Made by a program: the position numbers and the translations under genes. From assembly GCA_963528875.1 (NCBI GenBank), contig CAURWT010000002.1, forward strand, positions 191,680-223,679: a stretch of 32,000 nt of DNA, given 5' to 3'. Below are positions 24,792 through 32,000 of this stretch, one piece after another; position 1 is the stretch's first letter; every line of letters starts with the position of its first letter. This stretch comes from an uncultured Candidatus Saccharimonas sp. GTDB lineage: Bacteria; Patescibacteriota; Saccharimonadia; Saccharimonadales; Saccharimonadaceae. The notes under the pieces are model-generated. The model worked only from the letters and a program-made list of their open reading frames with translations, did no database searches and was not told where the DNA came from.

Positions 24792-25676
24792 TTGAAAAAT
24801 CCTATAATTTTCTTTGGTACGGAAGATTTTTCGGCCGTTTCACTCCAAAAACTTATTGATGAAGGTTTCGAAGTTGCTGGAATTATCACTAAACCAGATT
24901 CCAAAAAAGGGCGTGGCCAAAAACTTCAATCGCCAAAAGTTAAGAAAATTGGTGAAAAGTTTAAAATTCCCGTTCTCCAACCACAAAAAATGGATGAAAT
25001 TATCAAATTTGTACAGAATTTTAAAAATCCAGTGGGTGTTTTAGTTTCGTTTGGGCGAATTATTCCGCAAGAAATCATTGATTTGTTCACACCCGCAATA
25101 GTGAACGTTCACCCTTCGCTTTTGCCAAAATACCGCGGGCCAAGCCCAATTGAAAGCACAATTTTAAATGGTGATGCAAAAACTGGCGTTTCGCTAATGA
25201 AACTCTCAAAAGAAATGGACGCTGGCGATATTTATTCGCAAGAAGAAATTAAACTTTCGAAAACAGAAACTGCCAGTGAGCTTTATAAAATTTGCGGTAA
25301 GATTGGCGCTGAAATGCTAGTACGGGATCTGCCAAAGATTATTTCTAGTGAACTAAAAGGTGAAAAACAAGATAATTCACAAGCCGAATACTGCCAACTC
25401 CTTAAAAAAAGTGATTCAATCTTACAACCAGATATGCAAACAGCTACACAAGCAGAACAGCAAATTCGAGCTTTCGAAATCTTTCCAAAAAGTAAGATTC
25501 AAATTGATGATTATTTAGTAGTTATTAAAACTGCAAAAGTGGTAAACTCGAACCCTAAAAATTCACCTTTAACGCTTGAATTTGCGGATGGAGAGTTTCT
25601 AGAAATAAAAACGCTTCTTACGCCAAACGGCAAAGAAACAACTGCGCAGAGCTTTATAAACGGCTATTTGAAATAA
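24792..25676 (+). CDS. fmt: Methionyl-tRNA formyltransferase
   Basis: The TTG start directly follows the def stop. A GGGAGGA SD is present. The motifs NVHPSLLPKYRG and the N-terminal FFGT are present. Confidence 0.9.
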   Translation: MKNPIIFFGTEDFSAVSLQKLIDEGFEVAGIITKPDSKKGRGQKLQSPKVKKIGEKFKIPVLQPQKMDEIIKFVQNFKNPVGVLVSFGRIIPQEIIDLFTPAIVNVHPSLLPKYRGPSPIESTILNGDAKTGVSLMKLSKEMDAGDIYSQEEIKLSKTETASELYKICGKIGAEMLVRDLPKIISSELKGEKQDNSQAEYCQLLKKSDSILQPDMQTATQAEQQIRAFEIFPKSKIQIDDYLVVIKTAKVVNSNPKNSPLTLEFADGEFLEIKTLLTPNGKETTAQSFINGYLK

Positions 25677-25687
25677 TTTTACAAAGA

Positions 25688-25718
25688 AAAAAACCGTGTT
25701 TATTTGCACGGTTTTTTG
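25688..25718. terminator. Bidirectional terminator between fmt and the 137-aa ORF
   Basis: The sequence is aaaaaaAACCGTG-tttatttg-CACGGTTttttt. Confidence 0.75.
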
Positions 25719-25722
25719 AATT

Positions 25723-26136
25723 CTAGCTAAAAATTTTATCAATATTAGCTTTAAGTTCGTCTTGCATTTCCTTCATTACGATTGTTGTAATTTGGTTAAA
25801 ATCTGGGCGATTGATTTCAAGCCATTTCATTGAAGCAAATTCCGCAATCGTTTGGCGATTTTCTTGCCCACCATTTTGTTGAGTGAGTGCTATAAATGCA
25901 CGATCGTTTCGAAAATCTGACACATTAATCATTAGCCAATTATCTACAAACCCTGGAGCGTCATCGATAATTTTTTCAAACTCTTCAAGCTTTTCATTCG
26001 AAAATCCATCTGTTATACGCTCGCCAACACGAGTTTCAAGTTCTTCCTGAACATGTTGTTTAAAAACTGCCGCTTCTTGCGGAGACATTCGTTCAATGCC
26101 AATTCCTTCAAAAAATTTGTCGTCTAATTGAAACAT
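25723..26136 (-). CDS. Hypothetical protein (137 aa, acidic)
   Basis: ORF with coding-like composition and no motif I recognise. Confidence 0.45.
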   Translation of the reverse strand: MFQLDDKFFEGIGIERMSPQEAAVFKQHVQEELETRVGERITDGFSNEKLEEFEKIIDDAPGFVDNWLMINVSDFRNDRAFIALTQQNGGQENRQTIAEFASMKWLEINRPDFNQITTIVMKEMQDELKANIDKIFS

Positions 26137-26210
26137 TCTCTTTTTCCTTGTTTAGTTATTTCTATTTTAGCACAAGCAAAATGTTTTTTCAAATTATTTT
26201 ATTATGCTAT

Positions 26211-27998
26211 CTAGTCTTTAAGTTTACGAGCAACAACTTCACGGGTAAAGAATTCAAGTTTGTCGCCAACTTCAAGCTGGATTTTCTTTTTAGTTTTCAA
26301 CGAAAGACCACACATTTCACCCTCAATAACATCTTTCGCTTCTTGTTGCTGGCGCTGAACGTGCGAAACTTCAACTTCAGCAATTTGCTCTTTCTTTCGA
26401 ATTACGCGAGCTAGCAATCCAGCATAAACACGGCCTGATTTAACTTCTCCACCAGCAATGATTTCTTCTTTCATTGTGCGGAAAACACCTTTAACTTCAA
26501 GTGATCCAATTTCAGTTTCAACAACTTCTGGCGCAAGAAGTTTTTCCATTTCAGCACGAGCGTCGTCAAGAAGCTCATAAATAACTTTATAAATTCGAAC
26601 TTCAACGCGGTCACGAGTAGCGATTTTCTTGATTGCAGGTGGAAGCTCAACATTAAATCCATAAATAATTGTTTTTTCACCAGCAGCAGCTAAGTGAATG
26701 TCGTTCTCAGTAATGTTTCCAATTCCACTACTTACGACATTTAAATTGACTTCACCACCAGTTTCAATCAAGCGTAAACTATCCGATACAGATGTGAGCG
26801 AACCTTGAACATCGGCCTTAATTACGATATTGAAATCTTCAGCATCATGTTTCTGGTTCATCATTTTTAATAAGTCCGCACCAGTAACGTTGGCGGTTGC
26901 AGCATTTTGAGCAGCCTCAATTTTAGCTTTTTGAGCAAGATTTCGAGCCTCTTTCTCATTCTTTACCACCTTAAAAACATCACCAAATTGCGGTAGCTCT
27001 TTGAAGCCAGTTACAGTTACGGGAGTTGAAGGACCCGCAGATTTAAGAGCTCCCCCCTTATAATCTTGAAGGGTTCGAACTTTTGCGTAAGTTGTTCCAG
27101 CAACTAAAAATCTACCTTGTTTTAAGTCTCCATGTTCAACAAGAAGAGAAACAACTGAACCTTTACCAACCTCCATATGCGATTCAATCACCAAGCCTTC
27201 AGCAGGAATATCAACATCGGCGCGCAACTCCTCTAAATCAGCAGTTAAAATAACCATATCAAGAAGATCATCAATCCCATCACCATTTTTCGCCGAGATT
27301 GGCACCATAGTAATATCACCACCCCACTCCTCTGGCATTAAACCACGTTCAGAAAGCTCTGCCATTACGCGATCTCTATTTGCAGTATCTTTATCCATTT
27401 TATTGATTGCGACAACAATTTTTGCGTTGGCGTTTTGAGCAAACCTAATTGCTTCAACAGTTTGAGGCTTAACACCATCGTCTGCCGCAACGACAATAAT
27501 CACAACGTCAGTTAAAGTGGCTCCATGTTGGCGAAGTGCCGCAAAAGCCTCGTGTCCTGGCGTGTCAAGGAGTGTAATTTTACGCCCTTTTCTTTCAGTT
27601 TGATAAGCTGAAATATGCTGAGTAATTCCACCAGCCTCGCCAGAAACAGTTTTTGTACCGAGAATCGTATCAAGAAGTGTAGTTTTTCCATGATCAACAT
27701 GCCCCATCACAGCCACAATTGGTGGCCGAGGTTTTGCATTTTCAGAAACTTCATGCATTTTTTGCAAACGAGAAGTTACGACATCAGTTTTTACTTTTTT
27801 CTTAAGTTCAACATCTTTTAAACCAAGTTCTTCAACCACAATCACGGCAGTTTCGAAATCAATTCGTTGATTAATAGTTGCAACAATTCCATTCTTAAAA
27901 AGCTCACCAATCAAAGTTGTAACAGGGAGATTTAAAGCTCCAGCTAACTCATCAACAGTAATTGAATCTGTGATATTTACGATTTTCTTCTGACTCAT
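26211..27998 (-). CDS. infB: Translation initiation factor IF-2 (short form)
   Basis: G-domain motifs are VAVMGHVDHGKTTLLD, DTPGH and NKMD. The protein is 595 aa. A GGAGG SD is present. Confidence 0.95.
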   Translation of the reverse strand: MSQKKIVNITDSITVDELAGALNLPVTTLIGELFKNGIVATINQRIDFETAVIVVEELGLKDVELKKKVKTDVVTSRLQKMHEVSENAKPRPPIVAVMGHVDHGKTTLLDTILGTKTVSGEAGGITQHISAYQTERKGRKITLLDTPGHEAFAALRQHGATLTDVVIIVVAADDGVKPQTVEAIRFAQNANAKIVVAINKMDKDTANRDRVMAELSERGLMPEEWGGDITMVPISAKNGDGIDDLLDMVILTADLEELRADVDIPAEGLVIESHMEVGKGSVVSLLVEHGDLKQGRFLVAGTTYAKVRTLQDYKGGALKSAGPSTPVTVTGFKELPQFGDVFKVVKNEKEARNLAQKAKIEAAQNAATANVTGADLLKMMNQKHDAEDFNIVIKADVQGSLTSVSDSLRLIETGGEVNLNVVSSGIGNITENDIHLAAAGEKTIIYGFNVELPPAIKKIATRDRVEVRIYKVIYELLDDARAEMEKLLAPEVVETEIGSLEVKGVFRTMKEEIIAGGEVKSGRVYAGLLARVIRKKEQIAEVEVSHVQRQQQEAKDVIEGEMCGLSLKTKKKIQLEVGDKLEFFTREVVARKLKD

Positions 27999-28092
27999 AC
28001 AACCTCCTCTGGTTTTTATTTTTCTTAAGCTGAAGTTCGGAAACCGATTTCAAAACCGATTTCCGACTATTCAGCGCAAGAATAATTTTGAA

Positions 28093-29160
28093 TTATTTTG
28101 CAAGGCTAAGAGAGATTTTTCGATTCTCTTTATCGATATCAATAACTACAAATTCTTTACGCTCATTTAGAGTAAAGATATTTTCTGGGTTGATATCGTT
28201 TCCTTTGCCAAGTTCTGAAACATGAACAAGAGCTTCAATTGCAGGGCTGATTTTTACGAAAGCACCAAATGGTGTAATTCGAGTTACAGTTCCTTCAACT
28301 TTCGAACCTTTTTTGAATTGCTCAACTTCTGAAAGCCAAGGGTCTTCAGTTAGTTGTTTCATTGAAAGGCTTAAGCGATCTTTATCGATTGCGATAATTT
28401 TTGCCTTAATTGTATCACCAATTTTTACATAATCTTTTGGATTATTTACGCGTTCCCAAGAAATTTCAGAAATGTGAACCAAGCCTTCAATTCCTTCAAT
28501 ATTTACAAAAACGCCAAAATCTACAACACCAGTTGCAACACCTTCAACTTCATCTCCAATTTTTAAGCTGTCAAATCGTTCATTTAAACCATCTTTAATA
28601 GCTTCTTTTTCACTAAAGATAAGTTTATTAGTTTTGCGGTCTGCATCAAGAATTCGAACACTAATTGGCTCATCAATAAGCGCATTCAATCGGCTCAAAA
28701 TCTCATCTTTATCGCTTGCACCAACGCGTGGGTAGTGTTCTGCTGAAAGTTGAGAAACAGGCAAGAATCCACGAATTCCTTCATATTCAACTAGTAAACC
28801 ACCTCGGTTAGCATCAAATGGAATAATTTCGATAATTTCGCCATTTTCCATTTTTTCAATAACTTCTTCCCAACCGCGATCTTTTGCAGCTTTTCGAAGA
28901 GAAAGCAACGACATTCCGTTATCCATTTCAGTATCAACAACACTTGCTGTTACTGTTTCACCTTCAACAAGGTTTTTTGAATGACCAGCTTCTCGGCGAG
29001 GAACAAATCCAACACCTTTCGCTCCTAAGTCAATTAAAATCTCGTGTTTGCGAACTGAAAGAATTGTTCCTTCAACAGTTTCGCCTTGGTTTAGTTGGTT
29101 TGCGCTCTCTGGAGCAGACGCCAACAATTCGTCCATTGTTATTTTTTTGGCTGTTGCCAT
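28093..29160 (-). CDS. rpsA: 30S ribosomal protein S1 (four S1 domains)
   Basis: Repeated S1 OB-fold units are visible: GETVEGTILSV, GETVTASVV, GDEVEGVATGVVDFGVFV and GSKVEGTVTRITPFGAFV. An AAGGAAGGAG SD is present. Confidence 0.88.
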   Translation of the reverse strand: MATAKKITMDELLASAPESANQLNQGETVEGTILSVRKHEILIDLGAKGVGFVPRREAGHSKNLVEGETVTASVVDTEMDNGMSLLSLRKAAKDRGWEEVIEKMENGEIIEIIPFDANRGGLLVEYEGIRGFLPVSQLSAEHYPRVGASDKDEILSRLNALIDEPISVRILDADRKTNKLIFSEKEAIKDGLNERFDSLKIGDEVEGVATGVVDFGVFVNIEGIEGLVHISEISWERVNNPKDYVKIGDTIKAKIIAIDKDRLSLSMKQLTEDPWLSEVEQFKKGSKVEGTVTRITPFGAFVKISPAIEALVHVSELGKGNDINPENIFTLNERKEFVVIDIDKENRKISLSLAK

Positions 29161-29277
29161 TAGTCTTTAAGACTCCTTCCTTAATTGTATTTCTTTGAAC
29201 ATAGCTAAAATTAACCTGCCCAATAGATTGCTACCATTTTAACATTTTGAACTAAAAAAATCAAGCGTTTTAAAAGG

Positions 29278-29306
29278 TTGAATTTTTATTTTTTTCATCG
29301 TAAAAT
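29278..29306 (+). promoter_or_regulatory. Promoter of the ROK kinase operon, predicted leaderless
   Basis: TTGAAT (29278-29283), 17 nt, TAAAAT (29301-29306), then agagtt (6 nt) to the ATG at 29313. The 6-nt spacer is identical to the one upstream of cas9. Confidence 0.55.
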
Positions 29307-29312
29307 AGAGTT

Positions 29313-30137
29313 ATGATTATTGCAATTGATACGGGCGGAACAAAAACTTTATTGGCGGGATTTTCGAAAGAAGGCAAACTTTTAAAATCTTTCGAATTTC
29401 AAACGCCAAAATCTCAGCAAAAATATCTTGAAATTATTGAAAAAGTTATTAAAAAAGAATTTTCGAAACAACTAAAATCGGGTGAAATCCAAGCAATTTC
29501 TTGTGCCGAACCTGGAATTATTGAAAACGGTGTAATTTTGTGGGCAAAAAATTTACGCTGGCAGAATTTTAATGTAAAAGCTGAACTTTCAAAAATATTT
29601 CCAAATATTAAAATTTTAGTTGAAAACGACGCTAATCTTGCTGGGCTTTTCGAAAGTAAAAAATTCAAAAATAAAGCTCAAAACATTCTTTATGTTACAC
29701 TTTCAACGGGAATTGGTTCAGGCATAATAACAGATGGAAAAATCAACCAAGGCCTAAAAAATAGCGAAATTGGACGAATCCCAATTGAATTTGATGGCCG
29801 AGTGCGAGAATGGGAAGAATTTGCGAGTGCGCGGGCAATTTTTAATGTTTATGGTAAATATGCAAGCGAGATTTCAAAACTACGACAATGGCAAAATATT
29901 GCAGATAGAATTTCGCGTGGATTTTTAGTGATAATCCCAGTAATTCAGCCAGAGGTAATTATTATCGGTGGTAGCCTTGGTGAAAATTTCAAAAAATTCG
30001 ATCTTTTTCTAGAACAAATTGTTCGCGAAAACCTGCCCGAAGGAATTTCTTGCCCAAAAATTGTTCAAGCTCAAAAACCGCGCGAAGCAGTGATTTATGG
30101 CTGTTTTGAATCTGCAAAAGAGGCGTTGAATTTTTAA
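29313..30137 (+). CDS. ROK-family / glucokinase-like sugar kinase
   Basis: The motifs IAIDTGGTKT, ENDANLAGL and LSTGIGSGII are present. The protein is 274 aa. Confidence 0.75.
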   Translation: MIIAIDTGGTKTLLAGFSKEGKLLKSFEFQTPKSQQKYLEIIEKVIKKEFSKQLKSGEIQAISCAEPGIIENGVILWAKNLRWQNFNVKAELSKIFPNIKILVENDANLAGLFESKKFKNKAQNILYVTLSTGIGSGIITDGKINQGLKNSEIGRIPIEFDGRVREWEEFASARAIFNVYGKYASEISKLRQWQNIADRISRGFLVIIPVIQPEVIIIGGSLGENFKKFDLFLEQIVRENLPEGISCPKIVQAQKPREAVIYGCFESAKEALNF

Positions 30138-30589
30138 TGAATTTGGAATTTGTTGGAAAATTGCGCAAAGACTTTCCTCAATTCAATTTCGAAGAAAGCG
30201 ATGATTTCTATTGGTCAAAGAAAGAAAATACAATTTTTTTCGAACCAGAATCTTCAAATTTTCATCTGTTAATTTTACATGAATTAGCCCACGCGTTACT
30301 TGGTCACGAAGATTTTTGGCTTGATATTGAACTCCTTAAAATGGAGTCTGAAGCTTGGGAACTCGTTCGAAATAACCTTACAAGTCAATATGGGTTTTGT
30401 TTTAGTTCAAATTTAGCTGAAAGCAAGCTTGACACTTACCGAGATTGGCTACATAAAAGAAGCCTCTGCCCAAAATGCAAACTAAATGGTTTTCAACAAA
30501 AAGATTTAACATATAAATGCCCCGCTTGCGGAACTATCTGGCAAAATAACGATTCTCGTTTTAAAAGTTTGCGGCGAAAAATAAAATAA
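30137..30589 (+). CDS. Hypothetical HExxH metallopeptidase-like protein (ImmA/IrrE-like) with a C-terminal zinc ribbon
   Basis: The motifs HELAHALLGHE and CPKC...CPAC are present. The start overlaps the ROK stop as TAATG. Confidence 0.55.
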   Translation: MNLEFVGKLRKDFPQFNFEESDDFYWSKKENTIFFEPESSNFHLLILHELAHALLGHEDFWLDIELLKMESEAWELVRNNLTSQYGFCFSSNLAESKLDTYRDWLHKRSLCPKCKLNGFQQKDLTYKCPACGTIWQNNDSRFKSLRRKIK

Positions 30590-30622
30590 AATCACGCAAT
30601 ATTTCGAAAGCGTGATTTTATT
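30589..30622. terminator. Bidirectional terminator
   Basis: The sequence is AAATCACGC-aatatttcgaaa-GCGTGATTT, flanked by A- and T-rich runs. Confidence 0.65.
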
Positions 30623-30633
30623 TGTGTATCTTT

Positions 30634-30885
30634 TTAAGCTACACGAACTTCAATTTTTGATTCTTCAGACTCTTCAGTCATTGAAATCTTTGTTGTAGCT
30701 GGGCCACGACGGCTAATTCGACCACCCTTTTGCCCCGCGATTTTTGCAAGTTCACGGTTTGCGGCAAATCCACCAGTTGTTCCATTTTTACCGCCTTTTT
30801 GCCCAATTCGTGAATAAAAATCTTTTCCATATTTTGCTTTATTAGTTGCAGCTGCCTTTGCGCCGCCCGCCTTTGTTCCGGCCAT
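30634..30885 (-). CDS. KGG-repeat general stress protein (GsiB-like)
   Basis: 83 aa. Repeated GQKGG units (IGQKGGKNG and AGQKGGRIS) fit the stress-induced KGG motif family. An AAAGGAGA SD is present. Confidence 0.75.
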   Translation of the reverse strand: MAGTKAGGAKAAATNKAKYGKDFYSRIGQKGGKNGTTGGFAANRELAKIAGQKGGRISRRGPATTKISMTEESEESKIEVRVA

Positions 30886-30935
30886 TTAATCTCCTTTGTT
30901 TTGTTAAAATCTAATCTATTTTTGATTATGTTTTA

Positions 30936-30944
30936 ATTATAGCA
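30936..30944 (-). promoter_or_regulatory. Extended -10 promoter for the KGG protein gene
   Basis: On the minus strand: TGCTATAAT, about 50 nt upstream of the ATG at 30885. Confidence 0.5.
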
Positions 30945-31037
30945 CAACTTATGCTTTTTGTCAATATTTACATAAGAGCTTTTTTATTTTATTATAATAT
31001 TTTTGTATTTCTAATCTGTTTATGTTATAATTTTCTT

Positions 31038-31895
31038 ATGTTTTTTCGAATAAATAATAAGTTCTACCGTAAGTTGCCTAAGCAAATTTGTATATTTTTC
31101 TTACCAAAATCAATAAAAACTAAAATACAAAATAAAGCGATTCTAGAGCTTCAAAAGCAACTTTCGAATACTTTACCTAATTTTACCAAAAACGAGCTAG
31201 AAGAGTATAAAAATAGTATTATAAATGTAAAATTCTGGCACGGAACTGGAGGCTTTGAGTATGATTCTAGTAGAAATATTACACCAATTTTTGATAATAT
31301 TTTAAAAAACGGATTAAAAACTCAGCAAGATGACTACTTAATTATTTATTCTAAAAAATTAAGTATGAAATCAATATCTCTAGTAACTAAAAGAATTATC
31401 GCTAGATGCTATGCAGACAACCATAATTTTAAGAATCCTAAAACTTTTCGTTTTGGTGATAGTATTTTTTGGATTGTGCGACATTACACGAAAATGTATA
31501 TTTTAGCATATACGATACTTGCTCCACGTTCACTTGTGAATATTCTTAGTTGGAGAAAGAAAAATAAAATAAATTCAAAAAAATCTTGGAGTGGAAAAGT
31601 AAATAAAACTTGTAAAAATACATGGGAATCTTTTGAAAAATATTCTGACATTAGAGAGAATTTCCCGGTAATTCTTGGTATTAAAAAGCTAAATAAAATT
31701 GCAAAATTACCAAAAATATTTAGCGAAACTGAAATTCGTTCTTTAGAGGATATTCCTTTTGAAGATATTATTCACATAGAAATTCCTCTTGAAAAATATA
31801 ATGAATTAAATAATAAAATTCGAAAATATAACCAAAAAGTAAAAATATTTCCTATTGAATTAGGTGAAGTATTTGAATATAAAAGTATAAAATAA
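31038..31895 (+). CDS. Hypothetical protein (285 aa), very AT-rich gene
   Basis: The ORF track gives 30951..31895. The ATG at 31038 (MFFRINNKF...) lies 6 nt downstream of TGtTATAAT (-10 at 31026-31031), with TTGTAT at -35. The upstream 29 codons are a Phe/Ile/Tyr-rich promoter sequence. I recognise no motif. Confidence 0.5.
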   Translation: MFFRINNKFYRKLPKQICIFFLPKSIKTKIQNKAILELQKQLSNTLPNFTKNELEEYKNSIINVKFWHGTGGFEYDSSRNITPIFDNILKNGLKTQQDDYLIIYSKKLSMKSISLVTKRIIARCYADNHNFKNPKTFRFGDSIFWIVRHYTKMYILAYTILAPRSLVNILSWRKKNKINSKKSWSGKVNKTCKNTWESFEKYSDIRENFPVILGIKKLNKIAKLPKIFSETEIRSLEDIPFEDIIHIEIPLEKYNELNNKIRKYNQKVKIFPIELGEVFEYKSIK

Positions 31896-31951
31896 GTTGT
31901 GACACTATTTCTTACTAGTATTTTTTAAAGCCAAAAAAATAAATAACGAAA

Positions 31952-31980
31952 AAACTCCACCGACTAGGAGGAGTTTTTTA
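31952..31980 (+). terminator. Rho-independent terminator
   Basis: The sequence is AAAACTCC-accgactagga-GGAGTTTTTT. Confidence 0.7.
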
Positions 31981-32000
31981 TAATTCGGCACCGTGCTATT

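Overview
This is a low-GC (roughly 35-40% by eye), tightly packed region, mostly minus-strand housekeeping genes, from a small-genome bacterium. The gene style looks Patescibacteria/CPR (Saccharibacteria-like): short IF-2, lid-less Adk, a KGG stress protein, and many 1-nt TAATG gene overlaps. That taxonomic call is inference only.

Housekeeping genes:
- ileS, ftsA-ftsZ-nrdR, and tRNA-Tyr plus tRNA-Thr
- a CDF transporter, map, adk, yqeY, rpsU
- a GT4 glycosyltransferase, recJ, priA, def-fmt, infB, rpsA, and a ROK kinase

Accessory content is a complete compact type II-C CRISPR-Cas locus on the minus strand. It comprises a tracrRNA with its own promoter and terminator, cas9 (1101 aa), cas1 and cas2. 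The array has 10 identical 36-nt repeats and 9 spacers at 5011-5639. Each repeat ends in an extended -10 box (TGATATAAT) on the plus strand. This implies crRNAs are transcribed from inside the repeats, convergent with the cas operon.

Observations beyond standard annotation:
1. An orphan degenerate repeat sits about 660 bp beyond the array. It is separated from the array by a strongly promoted two-gene small-membrane-protein cassette.
2. A T-box-like leader carries an AUC (Ile) specifier in a 7-nt hairpin loop and a canonical UGGUAUC antiterminator bulge. It lies upstream of a NucS-like PD-(D/E)xK ORF that is coupled to ileS.
3. A leaderless-type architecture (-10 box 6-10 nt upstream of the ATG, no SD) recurs at 8 genes, including cas9.
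4. The palindrome TTCGAA appears about 10-fold over-represented.
5. The NrdR homologue has lost all four zinc-ribbon cysteines.
6. A candidate small basic ORF, absent from the ORF track, has a strong SD, a clean terminator and no canonical start codon.

All RNA structures, promoters and counts were done by eye and need computational confirmation.
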